Source: Phoronis australis (taxonomy: Eukaryota > Animalia > Phoronida). From it: a DNA stretch of 64,000 nt. The stretch is from contig NMRA01000201.1 in assembly GCA_002633005.1 (NCBI GenBank), positions 199,139 to 263,138 of the forward strand, given 5' to 3'. Under the pieces are notes generated by a model. That model did no database searches and was not told the DNA's origin. It saw nothing but the letters and a program-made list of their open reading frames with translations. Within the stretch, counting starts at the first letter, position 1, and every line of letters begins with the position of its first letter. The translations under genes and the position numbers were made by a program. Positions 13,251 to 25,828 of this stretch are shown here, one piece after another.

Positions 13251-13970
13251 GATGTCTTCGTCATGCTGTACGTAACCACAGAGGTACGACGGCCATCTTG
13301 GTACATCGTCTGTCCAGTGTAGCCGTAGTGTTGGGTTTTGTTATTTTTATTCCACCATTGTTTCTTTGTTGCATTATTTCACTTGGGTTTGCATTTTGTA
13401 GACACCCAGGCAACTACAATTGGTGTTGTGTTTAGTGCAGTGATTATTTCTGGTTCTTAATTTACTAACTGTTGTCGTAACTATGGTGTGATTTGTTAAA
13501 CTTTTTTGCGTGTTTTACTCTAGTTTTTCTTGGGTAACTGCTGAAACGAGACGGTGTGTGAATTACTCTCCGAGCTTTATGTAACTCCTTATGCAGTAAC
13601 ATCTTTTTACTCATGCAGTGACGGAGCATTTCACTTGAGAAAATAAAATGGACTAAAGTTATTACTTTTCCCAAGAAAGAGACCATGTGACATAGGAGGA
13701 AATGTTACTGAGAGTTAGTGGGTGATGTTTAGAATTCATAAGGCTTTTCTGTTCTACCTTACTTCAGCTGTGGAATTGTTATGTTTCAGAATAGATACGC
13801 AGTCCCGAGCCATGGGGGATATGCTGTCAACTACTAGGAACAAACAGAAACATGTGAATCTGAACACAGACCGAAATCTCCAGTCAGAAACAACCAGTTT
13901 TACTTTGATATACATGTGTGTACGTGTGTGTGTGTGTGTGTAATTATACAAGTTCTACTTGTGTGTACAG

Positions 13971-16900
13971 CCGCCCATAACAACAGGAATTGTCTCAAGA
14001 GATACCAATCATCTGAAGAGACGTCATTCATCTTCGATACAAATGACGCATCACCGCTGGACTGTCGGCGTTAAGCAGTCTCAAGCCGAGCTGTCCTACA
14101 TACTGAACTGTCCTGTCTCCTGAAAGGTGAAGGATCGAGCTTTAAATTCAAGGTCACCTTCGTGGTATACTCACATTTAGAGCTTTTGTTTCTTTGCCGT
14201 CGGCAGTATGCGTTGGTGGTGCATTGTGTCATGATTTTTGATCATTCGTTTTTACTGATTTTTATCTGCTGTACAAACCAAAGTGGTATCGTTGCTTATT
14301 GCATTGTATTGTATTAATACACTTATTACTCCTTTTACTAACATTTTATGGTGTGGGGTGTCTTTAGTGGACTTTTTCCAACCTAAGATTGTACATTATA
14401 GCGGGTCCTTTTTATTATAATTTACTTGTATGTGAGCGCTATATGTGTTTTGCTGTAACAGTGCACTAACAGACATATATCTATATCTATACATATATCT
14501 ATATACTTAAGTATTTGTAGAAGTAGAATTAGGTCATATAATCTAGAATTAGTAATTCTGTTTTACGAAATTGGTACGTGTCGCTTGGAATGTGTGACAC
14601 CAGCTATTTCAATGTTAGGACCATAAAACAATCACAATGTCACATGTCTCCTATTTCCATATACTTGCCTGCACAACTTGCTGCAACTTATCTGTCTATT
14701 AGTTATGGTTTACCTTTGCACAATTTTATGAACCAAATCTTTTTAGAATGTTAATGAATATGCCACGAAATGGCGAGCCATTTATTCCTTTGCCATATAT
14801 ATTGGTATTTTCTGCAGTTGCAATTTCCTTCTCATATCGTCATTTTTATTCTTGAGAGCCTTCTTGAACAAATGTAGCAATCTGCTGACTTAAGTGTGCC
14901 TGTTGGAACTGAAATTGGCTTCTGAACTTTAACCAGGTGTACTCTGAGTAAATTGATAACTGAAAGACGTACACCCGCTTGGAAGCATTTTTAAGGGTAT
15001 AATGTGAAGTGAATGCAAGCACTCCAGAGCCACCTAGTGAATTTCGAGGTTCTCCTTGAATAGGGATGATGGGGCCAGCATAGCTACGTGATTTTTTTCA
15101 TGTTCTTTTATCATTTTAATCAGTCAGTCTCCACATAACCTCGTGTTCTGTCGATCTCACCAGGCCAAGAGGTGTCGCGTTAACCTGCGAGGAAGATGAG
15201 AACAAAAAGCAATGACGTCAACCAATCATTCGTTAAGTGTGTGTCACTATTTCTTACAATGTTGTGGTGCTCTTGAAGAAGTGTCAGTTGCTGTCTAGCT
15301 ACTTTGTAATCAATCCTGTATTGAAACTTTTTGGAGTGACGCAAATGTGTTCAGAAATCCATAATTGAATTAGAATGCGTTCCAGATTTTTCAGATGCAA
15401 TCGCGGTATAATTGAAGCTGGGTGGGTGCAGGGGCGGCCATTTGAATGTCGGTGTCAGTGGTATATTAATTCAATGCTGGGTGCAGGGAAAGTGTTGAAA
15501 CAAAGATTTGATTTTATGCCACGAGATTTCAGGGAAATCAATATAATGTGGTTCAATCATCTTTTTAATTTTTAAAACTTGTGCCGTGATGGATTTTGTT
15601 GAATGGAAGCTCCGCGGAGGTTGCATTGTCATATGTTCTTTTGGCCAGCTCTGGTAGTAAACTGAACAATCCATGCGAATGCAGTCGTTAGCGCACAACA
15701 TTTCTTTGATTCAAGTTCTGTATCTGGTGATGGGCAATAGCTTTCGCCTTTACAAGAACTTTTGGAGCAGGTGGGGAGACTGCATTCAAGTAACAAAACA
15801 CTCATTGGGCCAGAGGTCCTGAATAACCCTCAGTGTTAATACGAGTTTTGCTCCTCTAAATCTGTACAATTCCTCATGTCTAAATTACAATACACATTGA
15901 ATTTGTGGCCTGCAATTGACCACATACACTTTCTGTGGTCAGACTAGACTGGGAGTTGGCTGACCACCAAACCTCGTCTGACCTTGACATACTTTCAAAT
16001 GTCTAGAAAATTAGGTGCAGTTGTGATATGAAGCAGCTCTTGAGTTTGAAAATGTGTTGCATCCATAAATGTTTTGCATCTTGGTTTTATTTATGTTTGT
16101 TCTTGCAAAATGATAAGACTAGGCCATAAACTTTCTCACTAAATGCCAAGCGTGAAGTACGCGACACAGTTATGATGCATTGAGGTTACAAGCTAATTTT
16201 AGCACCTTTGTCTGCCATTTAATGTTGCATGAAAAAACTAGTTGATCTGAATATTTGCAAAATACATGGTTTCATACCGCATTTTTCAAGCAAGTTATTT
16301 TGCTTTCATTGTGGTTTGGTATTTTAAATGGATGACTGACTGATTGTTTCACATTTGGCTATACCCCTGATGGTTAGCTGTCACGGTTTTTACTCATTAC
16401 TGTTTTTGTCTCGCCCACTGCGTGTGTCTGTGCATCATTGGAATTCTACAGGGTGAAACATAATTTGTTGACATGATTACAATTTGCAATACTTGCTTAA
16501 CATGGTATACAGACAAGCGTAGTCGGAATATTCTTTCATCGTCTGCTCACTGTATTCGTGATTACCATTCACAACATTGGCTGGTGACGTTCCTATGTCA
16601 TTTTTATGTGGTTTTAGATAAATCGTGTGTCGTAACGAAAATGTGGGCAACCATATGACAGTTTTGGCTTGTTGAAGAGATTTGCTTAAGAGTCGATGTG
16701 AAAAAGGTTAAGTTCTTGTAAAAATTGTTACTTAGCTTTTCATTATGGTGGGAAGGAGTGGAAAACGTTATGGTATGATACACATGTGTTTTGTGAACAA
16801 ATGACTGTGATCAGATCAATAACTTGTTTACTTTCCGTTAAGGTAAACTGTTGTGGTCACTGTTGTTGAAATGGCCATCTACGGTTAATTTGTACACCAA

Positions 16901-18180
16901 GTTGAGTAGATTCAGGAATCTGTACAGTGGAACTGTTTTAGGGGACAGTAGGTTTGTTGTTATCCAGGAACAAAAACAGAATCTGCAAGCATACAAGGAA
17001 GTTTCTGGAATGTTATCTGTTTGGTGTGCGCTTGCAGCCATTCTGTTTGATTTTTAGGAGACTAGGCTAGTCTTAGGGCATTACTCATGTTTAGGACAAC
17101 AGTAGGTAAAACAACTAGAGGAAGAAATTGTTGTATCATGCGTGTTTGACGTTTTTAAGTTTATTTAATTTAAAAAGTGGGATTTTACAAGTAACCAAAG
17201 TTGTGTATTAAAGCGGATAATCATTCTTGGGGTTTTGTTTTTAATATATACCCAACTTATTTATCGAAAATCTGTGGGTTGTAAAGCCGTTGAACTGGTG
17301 TTGTTTTGTACAGATAGTCATACTCAATCATTTTAGATATTTAAAACAGGACATTTGTGTATTTCTAAGGCGACACTCTCACAATGTGGTCTGACAATAG
17401 AGGCATTACTTAAAATGTAGTTACCCAAACAAAGTTTCCTCTTATCAGGTTTGCAGGTATGTTAGAGTAATAAGTTAAGGTTTAGTGATAACTTGTCCTT
17501 CGTGGGGATCGTGAATATGTGTGACTTGAGAGCAATATGCCACTATTTTTACCTCCAAATTGTGAGAGTTCCAAGCACTGGTGCTGTCACAAGTAAGTGT
17601 ATCATATTGTATATAATATATATATATATATGTGTATGGTTATTGCTTTGACATTGGAAACTATAATGTAGTGATTTTCATAGGAACAAACAACGACCAA
17701 TTTGAGCTGATGGTATGCTGCTTATTTATTTTGGACTTATAGTGTCTCATTTCGTAATCCGTCACAATTTGCTGATGTGGAAATGCGTTGGCGGATGTTC
17801 TTTGTTCGTAGAATCCAATTAACTTAGTCACGTTATGTCTAAATTTTCTTGTTGTCTCCGTTATAATTTGTTATTGTACACACCACTGACCAATGTTGTT
17901 TAGCTAGTGTAGGTTTCTAAAACATGAAATCCAGTCGTTTTTGTAGAATGTGCCAAAAACGTAGATTTAGATCGTTTAACATCGCCACTCTAGAATCTGT
18001 GTATACTGATCATCTAAGTCACTGACAATCGTCCACTATCTGTTGAGAAAAGGAGTGGTGCAGTCGGTGGTGTGTACAAAATTAGAATTGTTATCAAGGA
18101 ATGAAATCTGTATGATATTGTCTGTGGTCCATAGCTGTAAATAAATCTCAAGTGATCGAATAAAACATGTTTCAAATTGT
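13971..18180 (+). other. Probable long non-coding last exon (3'UTR) of Musashi
   Basis: Donor GAG|gtacga at 13283/13284, 33 nt after the stop. Candidate acceptors at 13767, 13789 and 13970. A U-rich tract without recognisable transposon fragments ends at tandem AATAAA. Confidence 0.6.
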
Positions 18181-18225
18181 TTCAAATGAGTTTAGTGGTT
18201 TTTGTTTCACGTTTTGTTTTTGTAG
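18140..18225 (+). terminator. Polyadenylation region of Musashi
   Basis: AATAAA at 18140-18145 and 18159-18164, followed by a GT/T-rich downstream element (gtggtttttgtttcacgttttgtttttgt). Confidence 0.65.
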
Positions 18226-18567
18226 TCATCTTCCTCTCATGGAGTTAAAGTGGCGAAAAGCATGCTTAAGTTGCTACTTTAGACGCGCACCATGGCCTGC
18301 GATATGATCTTGTGAAGCTAAGCCGACGTTTGAATTGAGGCAGTTTATTTACAAAGCATTCGAGTGAAAGTAGTTTTCCTCGGTTTCTTCTTAAAATCAA
18401 TTAGTTCTACAAATAGGTAAAATCAAAGCCTGCTCTTAAATTGAATCTTAGGCGCATGCGCTTGAGTGCGAGACACTGAAACCAAAATATTGCTGTATGC
18501 GGACAATATAACATTTATTTTGTGGGTCCCAGGTTCTTTGGCAGAGACGATAAAGGTACTAGGGCGT

Positions 18568-18797
18568 GGGTGCACCCAGGGGGGGGGGCTCAAACGAGCC
18601 CCCCAATTAGGCGAATTCTGCAAAAAGGGTCCGCCTCCATGAAACGAAATGTCCGGGAAAACGAGACAAAAGTCCATAGGAATCCGCGGCGCGGATGGAC
18701 AATTCGTAGGCTTGAATCGTTTTTTTTTTGTAGTGCTCGTTGATTTTTTTCAGTAAAAATTCGAGCCCCCTTATATTTTAGGCCGGGTGCGCGCATG
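18568..18797. mobile_element. hAT-like MITE
   Basis: Imperfect inverted ends gtgggtgcacccagg / ccgggtgcgcgcatg with G-run subterminal motifs. Confidence 0.4.
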
Positions 18798-20141
18798 TAG
18801 AGAGAGATAATACGGGTATTAATACAATGTAACAATTAGTGAAATACAACCAAACTCAGTTGGAGAAATACACATGTATAAGCCGGAGATCTTCGATAGC
18901 AAACGGATTGAAGACCACCGTAAAATATAAAAACTAGATTTCTATGCAGTCTCCCCTCGTCTTATCTCCAGCTTTTTTAAATGAAATAAACAACTTGATT
19001 TTCAAATGCAACATTAAGAGAACTAAATTGACAAAAAGCATTGAAGGGAGTGGTAAACTTTAATGAGGGAAGAGGCTTTTTGCTTCAAAATCAAAGTGGA
19101 CATTAATTTCTGACACAGATTTGGTATCACATATAAGATGAAATCATAAAACATGGAGACTTTTGACGGAAAATTGAAGATTAACAACTAGTTGTGGTTG
19201 TTTATACCATTCGACATCATTTATTAGTAAACACTACAATGACGTATACACACGCGAATGCTGCATTGTCTCTATAATATTTTAATGGGAGTTGAGTGTT
19301 GAGGAACAATCTCCGTCTACGTGGCACATGGAATTCACTTTGGCATAAAAAGCTGCATTTCGTGTTTGATTAGCTAGTTAAAAATCAAATTAGGCCATTT
19401 ACTTATAATAGTCATTAGGATTTGATAGGATTACATTTCTTTTACCAATGAACAAGATCGTTGAAACCATCATCGACTCACGGAACTGAAAACCCTTCAG
19501 ACTTTATTCGAGATCTCGGAAATGGCGTATGTGCGCCTGTTGGTTTGGTAATGGAACGATTTTCGTTTTTAGCCAGGCAAAACGAACAACCTCCACAAAA
19601 ATGATGTTTGGCGAACAGAACTCAACAAATATGCCTTTTCAGGGACGCTCCCTACAAATGGGTGCCTTTTCGACTTCACCACTCTAGAAGGGGTTTGGAC
19701 ATCCTTAGACTACCCACTCATGGCTTAAGGATATGTAGACCTTACTTTTAAAATTTTAAGTTTTTTTTTCAATATTGAATACCTGTTTGGTTAATTCCTT
19801 TTAACTTTAAAATCGACATCTTGCCTGCTTATGGTAGAAAAAAAATGTATTTCTCTGACCCACCTCGACCGCGTGGAAATTTGTGCAGACAATTAATGTT
19901 CTTTCCACATTAATAAAAATCCGTTTATTCAGGTTTCAAAAGTAACTTTTTCGATTATTGTCATTTAAAGTGTGGGTACATTAATTTTGGACACCCTGTA
20001 GATAATTGTTTTTGAGTACTACGAGTACATTCCCAAAACGGAGAATCAGATTCGATTGATTTACGACTGACACGTCACCATAATCCATGACAATAGTGGT
20101 GATGGTGATAATGATATTTTAATTCAGTATTACGGTTACTA

Positions 20142-20212
<71 letters not shown>
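20142..20212. repeat. (GTT)n microsatellite; short (TAG)n at ~20300-20321
   Basis: Directly visible perfect trinucleotide run. Confidence 0.97.
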
Positions 20213-20214
<2 letters not shown>

Positions 20215-20519
20215 TTGAGGTTCGATGCTCTTGTTTGCTATTTTGCTGTTTATATCAGTGGTATCACAATATCGAATGTTCCATTTTACTAGGACATAAT
20301 AGTAGTAGTAGTAGTAGTAGTGATAGCAGGCCAAGTACTGTTGGTGATAGCCGTGGGGATAGTTATTCAAGGCTGCGTGTCTTGTGAGTCAGAAAGTGCT
20401 AGCTTTGTTAAAAGTCAAAATGAATAAGCACATCAATACTACAGATTATTCGTTAAGTTGACAAAATAGTGAGTAGGATATGTTGGCTCTAAGCCTGAAA
20501 TTGAACACATGTCAATCCT

Positions 20520-21270
20520 CTGGTGGTGTTCCACCGAAACAGCAACGGAGCCGGAAACTTTTTCTCTCGAGGCATTTAAACCTCTTTTTCAGGTGTCGCA
20601 AGAAGCCTTCAGTTTGGTTGGTCTCAGCAGTTCCAATATCAGATTCGGGAATGCCGTGACATGGTATGAATTCGTCCACCTGGTCTTGCTGCCGATCCTG
20701 GTACGAAATTTTCCAGGCAGAAGAGGTTGCACTACTAAATCGGTTTGTTTCTGTTTCGATGCCTTCAAACAAGACTGACAGCCGATCGAGCATCGCCCGA
20801 TGTGTGACCACATCATAAGCGAGATGATCACGTGTCGAATGAAGGATTGGGCGCACGCATGGAAATGGCATTATTCAAGACTTTGAGTGTTAGAAAAACA
20901 ACTTTCAGGTAGACACGTACTCCAAGGAAGATCGCTTTGCATCTCTTACCCGCACGATTGCGATATTTGATCGTTCAAGAAGGGTATTTATTAAATACGA
21001 AGTCTTAACTGTAAAGACAAAATGTCGAACTGACTGTTCTCTTCGTAATTTAGCGAGGGCAGGTATCGATGGAAACCAAGGTCCTTTGTTGTTTCAGCGG
21101 AAACTATCGTAATTACGTGGTGCTGGAAAACGAAACGACTGACTAATTTGTTGTTTACTAATGCAATACAATTGATAAACAGTTTACTTGGTGTTATTTT
21201 AATCACAGCCCTGTCAACATTAATTTTTGATAAATACATCATACATGTCTCATTCGTTTCCATAGAAAGT
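20520..21270 (-). mobile_element. Decayed non-LTR retrotransposon (LINE) ORF2 fragment
   Basis: Frameshifted minus-strand peptides AYDVVTHRAMLDRL (RT D..KAYD.V.H..LL.KL motif), GKFRTRIGSKTRW (region before the G.PQG motif) and GFHRYLPSLNYEEN. Confidence 0.5.
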
Positions 21271-21607
21271 GGTTTGCATCCCCAAACATGTGATCTTGGA
21301 CCACGGCAAGTGAGTATGAATTAGCCATCAGTTTTGACAGGCTTTGTGAACTCATCCAAAACCTGGGTCGAGTTCAATAACTGTCTCGCGGCGAAAATTA
21401 GCCAAAATTACGTGCTCCCAGTTGAAAAAAACAAGGTGACATCTCACGTAAGATCGCAATATCTTTTCCAGTGAGACAGAACTGGATTTATTCATAAAAT
21501 CATGTGAATTCTGTAACACCAATTTTTTGGTATAGACTTAGGTCGAGTTTTTACCATTTTGGTATAAATGTGGAGCAAAAATGGGAAGGGTGGTCACTAC
21601 TTTTGAT

Positions 21608-21810
21608 TCATGTGAGTTTCGGTGTGGTAATTCTCTGCACAATATTAATATTAATATTAATATTATTATTATTTTAAGAAGTCTCTCATGTGAGTTTCGG
21701 TGTGGTAATTCTCTGCACAATATTAATATTAATATTAATATTATTTTAAGAAGTAGAGACTTCTTAAAATAATATTAATATCAATATTAATATTATTTTA
21801 AGAAGTCTCT
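21608..21810. repeat. ~78-bp tandem duplication plus nested AT-rich perfect palindromes
   Basis: Two copies of tcatgtgagtttcggtgtggtaattctctgcacaatattaat...ttaagaagt. Inverted arms surround the loops agag (21755-21758) and tcaa (21781-21784). Confidence 0.9.
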
Positions 21811-22466
21811 AGACAGGAGGATAGGTTATAATTTTATTTTTTCCAGATAAGTATAGAGATCCAGGGTCATGCTTTAAACCTCTTATAAGAGGTATTGAAA
21901 TGGAGCGGGATTCTAATTTTAGGTATACACGTGGGTCGCATTTTACATTTTAGCTGGGAATAAATATCGCCTAGGATTTGGAAGGCTAGGTACACACTCT
22001 ACCTAAAAAAGATAAGTGCCCCAATTGCTTCCAATTTTTTCATGTATCAAAGCTAAAAATTGACTTTGTAATAAAGATAAAATAGCATTATACAAATCAG
22101 CATTTAAGTTCGTAAATGCTATGAAAAGTTAAGGAACATAGTTGAGTCCTTCTTGAGAATGTTCCATGCAATCGGCCACTGTGCGATTTGTCTGATGAAA
22201 GCGATAACAACGGAATTGACGGCAATGAACTGGAGCGAGTATGGGTGCCGGTGATGTGCGAAGTAGCTCCGGACGTGTTCTCTTGATCCAGCTACACCGG
22301 CGTCTGCGGAATAGGTGGGACTTGAGACTGTCGTGGACAAGTTGAGCAAGTAAACTTGAGCAATAACCTAGCTAGATAAATGGTAAGCTTCCATTGTTTC
22401 TAATTGACCTTCTTATAGTTTATGTGTGGGCAAAACGTTAGGAGCAATTCGGAATAGTACCTACCA

Positions 22467-24873
22467 CAGTGGCGGATCTACGTTTTCACCAAGGGTGGGG
22501 TTTAGGATTCCGACCAAGGTCGAATCCTAGGCGCGAAGCGCCGAGCGTGGGGAGGTCGGGAGGGGGTTTCCCCTCCCGTGTAAGATATTTTTTTGTTTTT
22601 GTAGCCAAATAGTGAAATTTCCATGCACCCTGGTAAGTTTCTGGCACTTAACATGTCTCTGGAGTTTTTCTTAAGTTAATTAAAAACCCTTCTCGATTTC
22701 GTCACATCTGAAACTTGGCACATAAGTTTCGTGAAACCATATTGTGCACATCTGGGTATGAGTCACGCCACCAGCAAAAATTTTTGTTGGAACATCTGCT
22801 TACACACACCTTTTTTAGCATACGAAAAGTCGTATTACGAAAAAGTGTGGTGTGTATACAGGGGTTTAGACAATTTCCAAATATTCAAGAGCATAATTAA
22901 GGAGCACCGACGGGGCGTAAAAACTTGAATATCAGATGATCGCGTAACAGCAGCCTCAAGTTGTTTAAGAACGAAGACCTGTACTGTTAGTCCGGAAATA
23001 AACATGTGTTCTGTCTCGTTACGAGAAAAACTGGCGAACGATGGTGCTCTCAACTCATAGTCTATTATTAAAAGCGACAATAAATAATTAGGTATCACTT
23101 TATTAAGCTGAATCACGTTGACAACAATTGAAAAACGTCATATCTATCAGGAAAAAAAAACATCTGAAAACAGTTTCACGAAACCAAAACATCCTGTGCA
23201 CAGTGGTGAAAAGATACACTGGACTAGTTTGCAGAGGGACCAGATATACACTGAGAGTACACAAAAAGCTGACCTGGTCCGCCACGAGACCAAGAGTGCA
23301 CCTGTGCTTATTATCCCTATAAAAATAGTCGATCTGTCGCGGGACCAAACAGTACTGGCTGAGATAAATAGTTTTACAAAGCACACTTTGGTAAAAAAAT
23401 CACAAAACTAGTTCGCCGAGGGACCAGAAGTACACTGAAACTCAACATCTACACAAATCAAGCTGGCCTGGTCCGTCGCGAGACCTAAAGTGTACTATGC
23501 AAAAAAATTTGAATTGAAAACTTCTCTCTAAAATTTTAATCCCCAGTGGTTACTCATACGTTAGTCCTATCCTTCTGTTGTCTAGACTGCCGAGGAATTT
23601 GTATATCGGATCCAATGATTTGCTCGTCTTGGAACCATTCTACCCAGATATCTTCGATGTTTGTTCCCAACGCTTGCACTTCGTCAACTGCTGTGTCAAT
23701 GAGCTTGTAAGCCTCTACAATGTCAGCATCTCGTTTCGCAGCTCAGTTGACACTAAGACCCTTGAGGTTGCCAAGTCCATTCAAAAGACTTACATGCGCA
23801 ACTAAATTTGATCCGTTCATCATGGACTACTTCAAACCTTGACGAAGAATCCCAGGACCTATTTGCATCTCTTGCAATTTTCGAAATAAACGTCCCAATG
23901 TCTGAACGCTTGAAACCCGAAGTACTAATATCAAATAAATGCCCATGGGCATGAGCGTTTCATCGGGTGAGCCTTTCTGCGGAAATTCCCAGTATAGAAG
24001 ACGGCAGTGTGCTTATTGCAGGTAGACAGACGGTAGGTGTTGAGGTCGGAACTAGGGCTCCTTAGGAGGCCTATTGAACATCGCACGAGTCCCGCAAGAC
24101 TTTGTTGTGAAAGAACAGCCTCCCCGCAATTTCTGGTACTGTACACTTTTCGCGAATGCGGTCACTTTCTCAATGTGAGTGCCCCCTTGGTCATTCCTTG
24201 TATAGACATAACTTGTTATAGAGTGTGTCTTCAAACGGACTCGCGACCAGACCACGGCGCCCGCCACAATAGCAATTCTTCGGAAAAAGAATTTTTTTTT
24301 CAAAAATATTACATGTACATGTACACAATATTACATGTACATGTACACTGTATGATATTGCGCGAGACAACTTTACTATACATCAGTTACAAACAAACGT
24401 GTGGAGTGTAGGCCTAATAGAATGACACGGCATGACAGATAAGGTAAAAACGTTGCACGTCAATTCGCCTGAATATCAGGGTTGCAGCACCGCAGTATTT
24501 TCCCTAATCAAATCAAAATATATCTTAGAGTAAAGAAGCTAGTTACCTAAAGAAATCAGCTATAGAACTGCTCTTTCAGCGGTGAATCCATCTAAAATGC
24601 TTGGCTACTTCAGAAGTGTCGACGGAAGCGCGCGCACAATAAACCCCCGCGCGTTTTGCCGATGAGCCACAAAGACTCAGCAATTCACAATGCAAACAAC
24701 TATATTTTCAGAGTGAACCCCCCCTCAAATTTTTCCAAGTTGGTTTACTTGGGGTTTACACACGCTGGCGGTGATGTTTTTGTTTTGCTGGAGACGCTTT
24801 TGTTTTTTTAATTTTTGGGTCCTGGCCCGAGGTGGGTTTAAACCCCCTGAACCCCCCCGTAGATCCGCCACTG
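22467..24873 (-). mobile_element. Non-autonomous hAT DNA transposon, copy 1 (2.4 kb)
   Basis: Perfect 14-bp TIRs CAGTGGCGGATCTA / TAGATCCGCCACTG and a 6-bp TSD CTACCA (22461-22466; 24874-24879). Carries a decayed transposase on the minus strand and is collinear with 44814-47454. Confidence 0.9.
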
Positions 24874-24921
24874 CTACCACAAACCAACGCCAAAACCATC
24901 ACTCATGGCCTATACACAGCT

Positions 24922-24959
24922 TGTGACGTCACATGAACTGGCAGGGATGACCTTATAAG
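24922..24959 (+). promoter_or_regulatory. Candidate promoter of the 7-TM gene: palindromic CRE plus TATA-like box
   Basis: TGTGACGTCACA (24922-24933) and TATAAG (24954-24959). Possible 5'UTR donors gtaagt (~25103) or gtatga (~25242) and acceptor aacag at ~25792. Confidence 0.3.
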
Positions 24960-25828
24960 CTTGCTGGGAGCGAATAGCTCCTATTTTAGAGTAGCGACTG
25001 GGTTTATTGACTATAGGAATTGGCAAATTTCTTATTGTGCTAGCACTCACCGCGAGATTTGTACTTAAAATGCTATACTGTAATAAAGTGAACCCTTCTC
25101 AAGTAAGTGCCTCACGGCCGAACGTTGTTCAGGGTTGTTTCCCGCGTCCACTGCCTTGTAAGATTTAACGCTACGCAGTCACGCTGCTTTCATGCGCGTG
25201 TCCTGGAGGGAACTTTTGTATTGCTGCAATGAGCAAAGCAGGTATGAAACTAGAGCCTTTTAGCATGGTGTGAGATTTAAATAGAAACGTACATAGGGAA
25301 CGTACAAAATTAATTCAACTAGAAAAAGATCAATTAGTTGTTTAGTTAATCAATGTTTAATATTTTTTAAAACGTCAAGTAGCTGTCCTAATGCGCCACC
25401 TGTTAGACACGATGTCTATTACTGAATCATTTTCCGACAGCGAGGCATTCGCGTAAACGACCTTTTGATATCAATAATTAATCTGCATGCGCTGACAAAA
25501 TACGCTTGCAGCGGAAATTTCTACTCGGCGTACAGACCTATAATGACAATTAACGATTTGCGCGATTGTAACTATGGCGCGTTCATTCGAGCTGTTGGTG
25601 GGCGGACTTGTTTTACATTGTTGTATTGTGGGTCTTTTATTTCCCGTCATACACCTGGACCTATTTGCAAGCTATATTTACGTTTGAGCTAGATTTTAGC
25701 CACTAGTATCGTTTGACTAACCGCCGGGAACAGTCATCACTAAATTTTTCGTTCGCCCGCATTTATCATTGGGGAATAATACGCAATAACAGGAATTATC
25801 AACACAACAAAAGAAATTCAGCACGACA

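Noticed and set aside
14500-17750. Musashi-binding elements (G/A)U1-3AGU in its own 3'UTR (e.g. 14548, 14698, 15654, 16519, 17314, 17417, 17480, 17668, 17739)
   Set aside because: About nine sites in ~4 kb of AT-rich sequence is not above rough chance expectation, so autoregulation cannot be argued from count alone.
22119-22349. GC-richer patch with a 76-aa ORF / EF-hand-like peptide
   Set aside because: No consistent splice sites or recognisable domain; probably a repeat fragment.
23220-23500. CRISPR-like repeat-spacer appearance
   Set aside because: Repeats are degenerate with irregular spacing, lie inside a eukaryotic hAT element, and there are no cas genes.
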